Below are positions 52,559-64,000 of a stretch of DNA of 64,000 nucleotides, piece after piece. The stretch is from contig OZ024742.1 in the NCBI GenBank assembly GCA_964016885.1, positions 17,980,001-18,044,000 of the forward strand. The letters run 5' to 3'. Every line of letters starts with the position of its first letter. Within the stretch, counting starts at the first letter, position 1. The translations under genes and the position numbers were made by a program. The notes under the pieces were generated by a model. It was not told the DNA's origin. It worked only from the letters and a program-made list of their open reading frames with translations, and did no database searches. This DNA comes from Eledone cirrhosa. Taxonomy: Eukaryota.

Positions 52559-52697
52559 AATGTATGTATGTATGTCACTTATTGACACTCATACGTACGA
52601 CATACACACACGCGCACACATACATACGCGCGCACACACCAACACTCATGCATACAAACAAACACACACACGCTACTCACTTACACACACACACATA

Positions 52698-53070
52698 TCT
52701 ATATATATAAAACAGAGGATGTCTGTCTGTGTGTCTGTTTCCCTAAAACTCGAGAAGTACCCAACCGTTTTTGTTTCAAACTTTACACGTGTAACCCGTA
52801 TGGCCCCGGAAGTGTTTTGAGCAAAAAAAATTTTTTAATTATTCTGACCTAGGGATCAAATTAGTGAAGTGGCCAATGTCTGTACATAATGAGGGAGTGA
52901 GAGGGGAGAGAAAGAAACGGAGAGGCGAAGTGAAGAAGTGGCTCTCTACTCCTCCTCCTCCTTCTCCCCATTCGTCACAGCGTTATTCGATAGAGGGGCG
53001 AAATGTGAACGAGTTACAGAGAGAAAGAGTGAGAGTGAAAGAAACAGACAGACTAAAAGAGGGGGATAGC

Positions 53071-53109
<39 letters not shown>

Positions 53110-53512
53110 GCTGGAAGAAGGGAAGGAAAGCTTTATGTCTTGCTGTCTGCATTACGATACATATATATACACACACACATTGATCGCGTCATAATGACGT
53201 AATGCAGACAGCCAGACATACAGACAGATATTATAAGAGCGCAAATAAAATAAAGTACCAGTAATGCACTGGTTAATTGCTGGCCTTGTGCCTAAAGTAG
53301 AAACAATTATAAGAGCGCAACGTTATATCTATGTATCTATTTAAAAAGAAAGACTAAGAATTATAGAGAGGGATCGCTAAATCGCCTAATGCGGTCCCTA
53401 GGGCATGGAAAATTTGAAATATGTTTTGCTCAAAACACTCACAGAACCATAAGTATTACATGTGTAAAGTTTGAAAACAATCGGTTGGGTGGTTCTCAAG
53501 TTTTAGTGAGCT

Positions 53513-53544
<32 letters not shown>

Positions 53545-53726
53545 TTCTCTGTTTTAGATATAAAGATATATATATAATTATATATTCGTGTACAGATATT
53601 TTTGCATACACAATAACAAAATATAAATAAACGTATTTATTTCACGAGGCTCAATAAGGATAAATATATATAAAATATATAAGAACCCTAGAGCAAATCC
53701 CGAGTAACGCCGGGCCATTCTGCTAG
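52698..53726 (+). mobile_element. Non-autonomous Helitron-like element
   Basis: A|TCTATATATATAAAA start; CCCG-AGTAACGC-CGGG hairpin and CTAG|T end; nested SINE tail 53245-53305 with 15-bp TSD ATTATAAGAGCGCAA. Confidence 0.7.
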
Positions 53727-54432
53727 TATATATCTATATATTACCGTCATTACTGATACAAGATTACAAGATTATGTCAACCGTTGACTTTCGAAAGAGT
53801 TCGTATAGTTGAAGCCGTTCGTGTTACCGTTCAGTATTATTATAATTGCTTTACAGCATAGAGCTATGGCCCTCCACGCTCCGAGCTCAAATCCCGCCGA
53901 GGTCAACCTTGCCTTTCATCCCCACGGAGTCAACAAAAGTGACCACCGGTAATGTGCTGGAACAATCGCTGGCTCCGTGCCAAAAGCAGAAAAATTATTA
54001 TTATTAAAGTTGTTGTTTTCTTAAGGCCCGGTCGCTGGTGATGGTGGTGGTGATGGTGGTGGTGGCAGTTGATGTTGTTGTTGTTGTTGTGTTGTGTGTG
54101 TGTGTTTTTTTGTTTTGTTTTTTTTTTTTGTTTTTTTTTTCTTTATGCGCGGAGACATATAAATAGTCGGGCTGGATACCCGATCGCGCAGTTAAACCAC
54201 TGGGAGTGAAGAACCGCTAGCCCTTGTCAGGGCATTCTTCTAGAAGAAGGCATCTCAGGAAACTGGGTTAACTCCGACATAAAACCTGCGGCTCATTAGT
54301 TATCGATGATGTTGATCTTTTTCTTCTTTTCGGGTTATAACTACTGTCGCTCAGAGAATGGGATTGGCTCAGTTCACAGTCTTTCCTCACTTTAAAAATA
54401 TTCTTCGCGCACAGGCATTGCACGATTGCATT

Positions 54433-54598
54433 GAGGGTCGGACGCCATGCTTTGACGCATATAGTTACGGCCCTTGCCTTTCTGAGTTCAAATCCCGCCG
54501 AGGTTAACTTTGCCTTTCATCCTTACGGGGTCGATAAAATAAAGTACCAGTAATGTACTGGGTAATTGCTGGCCTTGTGCCAATAGTAGAAACAATTA
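54433..54598 (+). mobile_element. tRNA-derived SINE copy
   Basis: Same family; follows a partial subfamily B element at 54146-54425; older SINE at 53853-53996. Confidence 0.8.
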
Positions 54599-54939
54599 AT
54601 TAATAATTATTAATAGTATATTTTCATGCGCCTATAGGCTAGCTAACTTGAGGAGAGGGGTGCTCTCCCTGGGTGCCCTAGAAGCGCAGGGTGGTTCAGG
54701 ATTGGTGGGGTACCCGAGTCACCCAGGGTCATCCACCCCTATCGGGGAATTTATTTTGTTATATTTATGCTAGTTTATGTTATATTTTTATATCTTCATT
54801 GTTAAATAAGTCTTGCCATTGTGCACTTTTACTCGACCTTATTGTAAATCCCCACTGTCCCTGTCTTTGTATTGTCCCCTACATGTCGGCCCTTGTGGCT
54901 AATAAATGAAATCATTATTATTATTATTATTATCATTAC

Positions 54940-56528
54940 AGTTGCATTTATCTTGCTTTATGTTCATACGAGTTATCACCAAGTCACAACCAGTGACCTC
55001 AAGAACAATGTTCAAGAAAGAACATACATACACACACATGCATCTTTAGGTGTTTAGACTTGTGATGTACTTATATTGACAGAATCTTCCTTAGTATATG
55101 GGCAGTTCCCATTAGTACTATCTTTTCTATTTCTCCTATACGCGGGTTTCCTGGGATTTGCGATAAGTAATCATTAGACCCCTTAGGTATCATTCCTAGA
55201 GCGCCTACAACCACTGGTATTGTTTTAGTTCTCAATTTCCACATTTTTCCAATTTCTATCTCCAGGTCCTTATACTTGCTCAATTTTTCAAATGTTTTTA
55301 TAGATACATTCTTGTCTATTGGAACGGACATATCAATTAGCAGGCATACCTTCTTTTTAAAGTCCTTCAATATTATATCAGGTCTATTTGCATCTATTTT
55401 TCGGTCTGTTTGGATGCTAAAGTTCCACAAGATTGAGATGTGATCTTTTTCAAGTATGGGAGGTGGTTGATGCTCCCACCAATTCTTTTGATGGGGCAGG
55501 TCAAAATGCTAACACATTATCCAATGTATGTATTGTGCAGCTCTGTCATGCCTGTTTAGGTATTCGGTTGGAGCTATAGGACAGCACATTGAAATTATAT
55601 GGTCAATGGTCTCTGGTTGTTTTTTGCATACACGGCATAATGGGCTGCATCCATTTTTTATTATGTTAGCTTGGTAATTTTTTGTTGGCAGACACTGATC
55701 TTGTGCTGATATAATCAGTCCTTCAGTCTCCGATTTCAGTCCAGAGGATGCCAACCACTGATGGGTTAAAGTTTTGTCAACATCAGGATTGTTAGCTCGC
55801 TCTGGGTATTTTCCATACAGAGGCTTTTCTTGCCATTTCTTAGCCAGTTTCTGTAGCAGTTCTTTCTTTGCAGTTACTTTTACCTGCTTTGCTTTTTCTT
55901 TGTTTTCCATTTCAGCAGTAAATGGGACTTCTGAAATTTGTAGTCCATTACTGTATCTTTGTGCATCTTTTGTAATGGAATATGATCTTTTGATGCTTTC
56001 GTGTTTCAAAACGAGTTTGATCATCCAATCATGTGATTCCCTTAGATATGTAGATAATCCAATTGTTGCAGTTTTCAACGCAATGTCTAACTGGATTAAC
56101 CCACGTCCTCGTTCTTTCCTAGGGAGATATATTCTATCTATATCTGCCTTAGGGTGATGCATTCTGTGCATGGTTAAGAATTTTCGAATTTTTGTATCGA
56201 GCCTACGGGTCTCTGTGCTTGACCAGTTGATGACATTGTAACTGTAGGTTACTACTGGTATGGCAAGCGTGTTTATGGCATCGATCCTATTCCTTGCATT
56301 CAATTCCGTTCTTAAGATTGCTCTTACTCTGCGGTAATATTCCTTCCTTATCCTTTCCCTCATTGTCGAGTGCTTGATTCCGTCTCCTTCACAAACACCT
56401 AGATATTTGTAAGTTTTTTCTTGATCAAGTTCTCTTATCACGTTCCCCCGATCAAGATTAATGTCTGAACTCTTCAGCAGCTTTCTTCTGGTGAACGTTG
56501 CTTTGGCGCATTTATCTAGTCCAAACTC

Positions 56529-56531
<3 letters not shown>
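54940..56531 (-). mobile_element. R4/Dong-clade LINE, 5'-truncated copy of the 20.8-24.7 kb family
   Basis: Near-identical protein from MEFGLDKC to LRKILSI; (TAA)n on both sides. Confidence 0.9.
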
Positions 56532-56559
<28 letters not shown>

Positions 56560-56579
56560 GTTGTTACTATTATTATTAC

Positions 56580-59500
56580 TTTTTTTCTTTTCCCAATTCA
56601 ATGATGTTCCAAAACAATATAAAAGTGATAATTGGCAATAAGGGTTCTGGAACAAAAGAAATAATTGGCAATAAGGGCAGGGGCTCCAGGTTATCACAGC
56701 CTGGGCCCGCTCGTCATCGTGCCACTATAATAGAGCCAAACAAGGCATTTAGTCTTGGCTGCTGGAACGTACGGATGCTGCTTGACAGGATTCCTTGGAG
56801 CGGCCTGAACGAAGGACCGCTCTTGTTTCAAAGGAGCTTCGACGTTACGATCTTGACATCGTGGCTTTATCTGAGACGAGGTTAGCTGGAGATGGTCATC
56901 TTACAGAATTTTGTGGAGAATATACATTCTTCTGGAAAGGAAGAGATGAAGGAACCAGAAGAGAGGCTGGGTGGCATTTGCTGTTAAGACTGTTCTTGTG
57001 AATAAATTAGAAGAATTCCAAGTAGGGATTAGTGAGCGTCTTATGTCCATGAGAATTCCACTGGACAACGGAAGATATGCTACCCTGGTGAGTGTGTATG
57101 CTCCAACTATGAATTCTGTCGATGAAGAAAAAGTGTCCTTTTACCATGCCTTGAAAGGTGTTTTAAAAAATATCCCTCAGGCAGACAATCATCGTGCTTG
57201 GTGACTTTAATGCTAGAGTGGTAGGGATTTTAACACATGTAATGTAATCGGAAGGCATGGGGTGGGAAAGTGTAACAACATTGGTATGCTCCTGCTGCAG
57301 ATGTGTGAGGAGCTGGATCTGTGTGTTACCAGCACCATGTTCCAACAAAAGAACAAATTTAAGACTACATGGATGCATCCTGCATCTAAGGAATGGCATC
57401 TTTTGGACTACGTCCTAGTTAGGATGCGTGACAGACGGGATGTGCAGCGTGTTCGTGCTCTTCGTGGAGCTGAGTGCTGGACGGACCACCGCCTGGTACG
57501 CGCAAAAGTGAAACTAATCATTAAACGTAAAATCCGAGCTCCTGGTGTTGCCCTGCCCAGAAGATTGAATGCTGCTCGTCTTAGGTATAAAAATGTGAAG
57601 AGGACATTGCGAGAAGAGATGCAGGTTGCAGAACTTGGTGAGGATTGGCCGACCCTTAAAAAGTCGGTTTATGATGTAGGCAGGCGTGTTCTGGGATTGG
57701 TGCAGAGAAAACATCAAGACTGGTTTAATGAGAATGATGAACATATAGTGGTGAGAGACTCCTGCAACATCTTCACTTTTTGTTTGGCAGGGTATGGGAT
57801 AATGAATCCGTACCTGAGGACTGGAGAGATGCAGTAATGGTGGTCTTGTACAAGGGAAAGGATAACAGGAATGATTGTGGGAACTACAGAGGTATATCAT
57901 TGCTTTCTGTCGTAGGGAAAGTTTTATGTAGGGTGCTTCTGGACCGTCTGCTGACACACATTGCAGATTGTGTTCTTCCTGAAAGTCAATCTGGTTTTCG
58001 TACTGGACGTGGCACTACTGATATGATCTTCTCAGCTAGACAGCTCCAGGAGAAGTGCATGGAACAAGGTTTAGATCTGTATCAGGTTTTTGTCGATCTG
58101 ACAAAAGCTTTCGATACTGTTAACAGAAATGTATTATGGAAAGTTCTCCAGAAACTTGGTTGCCCATGATAAGTTCCTTGCTTTAGTTAGGTCTTTCCAT
58201 GACGACATGAAGGCTTGGGTTAATGTCGGAGGTAACATGTCGGAGCCTATCTCAGTAAAAAATGGAGTGAAACAGGGGGATATTCCAGCACTGACCCTGT
58301 TTGCCATATACCTTGCAATGGTTTTCTATATTGCATTCAGGAATTGCGAGCATGGTGTTTACATCCGATATTGAACCTCAGGCAGCATATTTAACATCAG
58401 GCGCTTTGCTTCAAAAACAAAAGTGTTTACATAAATCATAAGAGACCTCTTGCATGAAGATGATTGCGATCTTGTAGCGCACACAGAGAGTGATATGCAG
58501 CACATTTTGAATGCATTTTCTGATGCTTGTACTGCCCTAGGATTGACTGTCAGTCTCAAGAAAACCGTCGTCATGTACTAACCTGCCCCTGGTAAGCAGT
58601 ACAGTGAACTAAATATCTATGTGTATGGTATACGACTTGGAGTGTTGATCAGTTTGTCTACCTGGGAAGCACTGTCAATCGATACAGCAACCTTGATAAT
58701 GAAATCCCCCTCGGGATTAGGAAAGCAAGGGATGCTTTCGGAAAGCTAGAAAGGCGACTCTGGGGTCGGCGAGACATATGGAAGAAGACAAAGGTAAAGG
58801 TGTACAAGGCATGTGTGCTCTCTTCTCTTCTTTATGCCTGCGAGACCTGGGTCACATATCGACACCGCCTTAAGCAATTGGAGCGTTTCCATCAGATGTG
58901 TCTCAGACGAATCCATGGCGTTCACTGGAGGGACCACATCAGTGATGTCAAGATTTTGGAAAGCTCTCTGTGTGACAATATAGAAGCTCTTGTGCTTAAG
59001 CAACGACTCCGTTGGAGTGGTCACCTTGCCAGGATGAAGGATTCTAGAATACCAAAACAACTCTTTTATGGAGAGTTAGTTAAAGGAAAACGACCGCCCA
59101 TAAACCAAAAAAGAGGTATAAGGATTCCTTGAAAGCCTCTTTGAAAGACGCTAACATCTCTGCTGATACATGGGAAAATGTTGCTGCTGATCGTAATAAA
59201 TGGAGAAAGACTGTATATGAGGGAAAAGTTGCCTTTGACGCATCTCGAATCGCATACGAGAAAGTAAAGCGGGATGTGAGGAAGGGCATTGTTGTTGCAC
59301 TTTCAGATGGCGAGGGTCCTCCTATGGTGCTGACATGCAGCGTCTGTGCGAGACTCTGCCTAAGCAAAGCTGGACTCGAAAGTCATCTTCGCAGTCATAA
59401 AGTAAGACCAGTGGTTGACTATCAGGCTGCTGTTGGAGATGCTACTCATCATGCTTGCCAAGCAGGAGGGCTCAAGCGACATGCAAAAGTACATGAACTC

Positions 59501-59810
59501 CAATCACAGCCGGCTATTCCCAGTGAATGTTTTGGTTGCCGACTCTGTGCAAGACATTTTAGATCATTGGCTGGGCTAAAAAGCCACATTCGATCGCAGC
59601 GCTGTTAATTGCTATCGTGTGTGTGTGTGTGTAGATGTGTTTATGTGTGTGCGCGTGTGTGTGTATATATATATATATATGTATGTATATTATTATTATT
59701 GTTGTTGTTGTTGTTATTATTATTATTGTTATTATTATGGGGGGGTTTTTTTTTGGGGGGGGGGTTCGTGCAATGGTCATAATAGATATGGAGGGGGCAG
59801 CCATCATCAT
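56580..59810 (+). mobile_element. RTE/BovB-like LINE, near full length, disrupted, probable internal deletion near 57750
   Basis: APE motifs WNVR, DIVALSETRL, VSVYAPT, TTWMHP, WTDHRLV; RT motifs YRGISLLS, FVDLTKAFDTV, GVKQG; C-terminal C2H2 fingers; microsatellite 3' UTR. Confidence 0.9.
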
Positions 59811-59859
59811 GCATGTATGTATGTATTTATGTATGTATGTATGTATGTATGTATGTATG

Positions 59860-60467
59860 TCAGGTGACCAGTTGGTGCTACTGGTAACATGTATCCCAGT
59901 ACAACCTATCTCATGGTCGGGTCGTTGGCGACTAAACTGGCAACCTCACCAACGTTTCTTGGTGAGGAGGGTGACTTTGGACATCCTGCAGGACTAAAAA
60001 CAAAACCTGTCAAAGGGCAAAGGAGCTCTTAAGAGTCAATGGCCATCCAAAATCACCGGGAGAGATGACCCCTTAGCCTTTGTCAAGGCAGAATTCTAGG
60101 AGAAGGAAAACTCTGATATAACACCTGCAACCCTGATGGTATCCAATGATGTTGACTTGTTCTTCTTTTTGGTAAATATCATCTTGGTTAAGAGAGTGGG
60201 ACTGGCTTTGTGCAGTGCCTTTGCTCACTATAAAAGCTTCACGGCACAGGCATTGCTTTATATCTGGAGATCTCTCTGCACTTGTCGTCACATGGTACCA
60301 TGGGCCCAGCACTATGTGTCAATAATTGTCACAGGTGTAGTGTTTGTACCAGAGTTTTCAAGTAGTGGGCTGGACTAAAAAGTCACACTCGTTCAGCGCA
60401 TCGGTAGGGGTTCTTTTACATGGATATAAAGTAGTGGTCGTACTCGAAAACGAGTTGGCAGCCACCA
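59860..60467 (+). mobile_element. RTE-related non-autonomous element (subfamily A)
   Basis: Near-identical to 45651-46259. Confidence 0.8.
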
Positions 60468-60946
60468 TGTATGTATATATGTATGCATTTATGTATGTAT
60501 GTATGTATGTATGTATGTATGTATTTATGTATGTATGTATGTATGTATGCATTTATGTATGTATGTATTTATGCATGTATGTATTTATAATTGTATATAT
60601 ATATGTATGTATATATGTATATATGTATATATGTATGTATATATGTATGTACACGCTTTTATTCTAGAACAATTCCAAAGATATGTTTTATACATTACTG
60701 AAATACCAAGTGTGTATCAATCTATGTATCTTTGATTGTTTATGCTTCACCAATGCAATCTACTTTTGCTCAGAGAGTGGGATTGGATCATTGCACAGTC
60801 TTTCCTCACTTTAAAAACCATCTAACGCACAATCATTGCACGGTGGAATTAATTAATAATTATTAATAATGGTATATCGTGAAATGGCCGTACTCGATAA
60901 CGATGGAGCAGTCATTATCATGTATGTATGTATGTATGTATGTATG

Positions 60947-61536
60947 TCGGGTCACTCTTGAGTGCTACTGGTAACATGTAACCCAGTACAACCTGTCGCA
61001 TGGTCGGGTCGTCGGCTACTAAACCGGCAACCCCATCAAGTTTACTTGGTGAGGAGGGTGATTTTGGACATCCTGCAGGACAAAAAACAAAACCTGACAA
61101 AGGGCGGAAGAACTCATAAGAGTCAATGGCCATCCAAAAGTGTGTAAATATATATATATATACACATGTATATATGTATGTATATGCGCGGAGACATAGG
61201 AATAGTCGGGCTGGACACCCGATCGCGCAGTTAAACCACTGGGAGTGAAGGCTTCCTAGCCTTGGTCAGGGCATTCTTCTAGGACAAGGCAACTCAGGTA
61301 ACTGGGATAACTCCGATATAAAACCTGCGGCTCAGTAGTTATCAATGATGTTGATCTTTTCTTCTTTTCGGGTTATAGCTACTGTCGTTCAGAGAGTGGG
61401 ATTGGCTCAGTGCACAGTTTTTCCTCACTTTAAAAAATATCTTCACGCACAGGCATTGCACGATAGAATTAATTAATAATTATTAATAATGGTATATCGT
61501 GCAATGGCCATACTCGATAACGAGGGGCAGCCATCA
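60947..61536 (+). mobile_element. RTE-related non-autonomous element (subfamily B)
   Basis: Full copy preceded by a 3' stub at 60770-60921 and (TATG)n. Confidence 0.8.
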
Positions 61537-61554
61537 TATATGTATGTATGTATG

Positions 61555-62163
61555 TTCTTCTGGTTTTATAATTTCACAAAGTTTTCCCAATAGAGATAGT
61601 GTCGGTTTCTAACATAGACACAAGACTCTCTCATTGAAATTTACACAACATCAACTAGGTAGATATGTATGTATGTCTGCATGTGTAGATATGGATGTTA
61701 TTGTATGTGTGGATGTGGATGTTTTGAGTTGTATGTGTGCATGTGTATATGTACATGTGTATATGCAGTTATTAGATGCAAACATTTTTTTATGTTTTAC
61801 ATATTTTTACTGTTCCATTAATTGATTGTACTTGTAATTTCCTAACTAGTCGTGTTCTTTCTGTTCCTGTGAAGCCCAGCTTCTCAAGATTTGTATTGAG
61901 GCAGTTACTAACATACTCCAGTGCCCCAATAATCACAGGCATAAATCTGAAGGTGTAATCAGGGTGGAGTATCTGCAGATTTCTCATCAGTTCTACTTAA
62001 ATATTCTCCTTTTCGCTAATCTTTGATATTATATTGGCATCTGCTGGGCAGTTAATTTCCACTACTGTGCTTGCTTTCTTCTCCCTGTCCCATAACATAT
62101 CTGGTCTGTTATGCCTGCATTTTATTGGGGTTTTTACTGGAACATTCCACCAGTACTCTTTCA
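61555..62163 (-). pseudogene. R4-clade family 3, 3' fragment
   Basis: Matches 47181-47790. Confidence 0.8.
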
Positions 62164-62559
62164 TATTATGTATGTATGATTGTATGTACTCTAGCGTCCC
62201 AAAAAATATAGGGGGGGGGGGGTAAGCGGGAGGTTTGGAAAATCGGTAATTTTTCTTGGTTGTCTCTCTTGATATTTTGTAAAAACCAGAATTAGTCGTT
62301 TAATTTACATATTGAGACCCAACGCATTCTATTTATTTTATAACATATGAGATTTCTTGTAATGTACTTTTTTTGTCATGTATAATGTTTTTTTAATGTA
62401 TAAAGAAAATTAACTGTCGCAGAAATGCTACCACTTAAAATAATATTTCACCAGAGATAGATGAGTAAAATTTACTAAACTAATAAACGGGTTGTTGTAG
62501 AAGAGAGCGAGGGGGATTTGAAAGAATAATAACGGAGAGAGGGAGGGTTATTCAGGAGT

Positions 62560-64000
62560 ATGGATGGTTGGTTGGTTGGTTGGGTGGTTGGATTGTTGGA
62601 TGGATGGTTGGATGGTTGGTTGGATGATTGGTGGTTGGTTGGATGGTTGGGTGGATGGTTGGATGGTTGGTTGGGTGGATGGTTGGTTGGGTGGTTGGTT
62701 GGTTGGATAGGTAGTTGGATGGATGGATGGTTGGTTGGTTGGATGGGTGGTTGATTGGTTGGATGGGTGGTTGGGTGGTTGGATGGCTGGTTAGTTGGTT
62801 GGTTGTTTGGGGGTTGGTTGGATGGATGGTTGGATGGATGGTTGGTTGGATGGATGGTTGGATGGATGGTTGGATGGTTATATGAATGGTTGGATGGATG
62901 GTTGGTTGGATGAATGGTTGGATGGATGGTTGGATGGATGGTTGGTTGAATGGTTGGATGGTTAGATGAAGGGTTGGATGGATGGTTGGTTGGATGGGTG
63001 GTTAGATGGTTAGATGAAGGGTTGGATGGATGGTTGGTTGGATGGGTGGTTGGATGGTTGGATGGATGGTTGGTTGGATGGTTGGTTGGATGGATGGTTG
63101 GATGGTTTGTTGGTTGGTTGGATGGGTGGTTGTATGGTTAGATGAATGGTTGGATGGATGGTTGGTTGGATGGATGGTTGGATGGTTGGATGGTTGGATG
63201 GTTAGATGAATGGTTGGATGGATGGTTGGTTGGTTGGTTGGATGAATGGTTGGATGGTTGGTTGGATGGTTTGATGGTTGGTTGGATAAATGGTTTTGTG
63301 AATGGTTGGATGGAAGGTTGGTTGGTTGCATGGTTGGATGAATGGTTCGATGAATGGTTGGATGGTTGGTTGGATGAATGGTTGGATGAATGGTTGGTTG
63401 AATGGTTGGACGGGTGGTTGAATGGATGGTTGGTTGGATGGATGGCTGGTTGGTTGGATGGTTGCGTGAATGGTTGGATGGATGGTTGGATGGTTGGATG
63501 AATTGTTGGATGGATGGTTGGATGGTTGTTTGGATGGTTTGATGGTTGGTTGAATGGTTGGATGGCGGGTTGGTTTGATGAATGTTTGGATGGTTGGTTG
63601 GTTAGATGAATAGTTGGTTGGTTGGTTGGTTGGATGGTTAGATGAATGGTTGATTGGATGAATGGTTGTTTGGATGAATGGTTGTTTGCATGGTTTGATG
63701 GATGGTTGGGTGGTTGGATGCTTGGATGAACGGTTGGATGGATGGTTGAATGGATGGCTAGTTGGTTGGATGAATGGTTAGTGAATGGTTGGATGGATGG
63801 TTGGTTGGTTGGATGAATGGCTGGTTGGTTGGATGAATGGTTGGATGGTTGGTTGGTTGGATGGATGGGTGGTTGGATGGTTGGATGAATGGTTGGATGG
63901 TTGGTTGGTTAGATGGATGGATGTTTGGATGGTTTGTTGGATGGGTGGATGGATGGTTGGTTGGTTGGATGGTTGGATCGATGGTTGGTTGGTTAGATGA
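62560..64000. repeat. Degenerate (TGGA/TGGT/TGAA)n tetranucleotide array running off the window
   Basis: Direct reading. Confidence 0.95.

Noticed and set aside
62560-64000. GWLD/GWMV-repeat ORFs
   Set aside because: Frame artefacts of the (TGGW)n array

Overview
This is AT-rich, microsatellite-saturated eukaryotic DNA. The dominant tRNA-derived SINE resembles octopus SINEs, so an octopod cephalopod origin is likely (inference). No intact host gene is evident; most ORFs in the track are translations of (TA)n, (CA)n, (TATG)n or (TGGW)n repeats. Real coding remnants are all retrotransposons: a near full-length R4/Dong-clade LINE (20.8-24.7 kb) and further R4-like copies, an RTE/BovB-like LINE (56.6-59.8 kb, with a second copy on the minus strand), a CR1/L2-group RT (38.4-40.5 kb), CRE-like 3' fragments and a Penelope-like GIY-YIG remnant. 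Non-coding elements include many SINEs, an RTE-dependent non-autonomous element, two Helitron-like elements, a TIR MITE and a truncated tRNA-Thr. The main signal is about 25 type I hammerhead ribozyme (HHR) motifs, read by eye, from roughly a dozen Penelope-like families, almost all embedded in (TA)n. Many sit in fold-back palindromes whose turning points coincide with ribozyme landmarks. One turns exactly at the predicted cleavage site of a non-canonical CUGAGAA-core HHR, a possible genomic record of in vivo self-cleavage. All folds and alignments were done by eye; coordinates may be off by a few bases.
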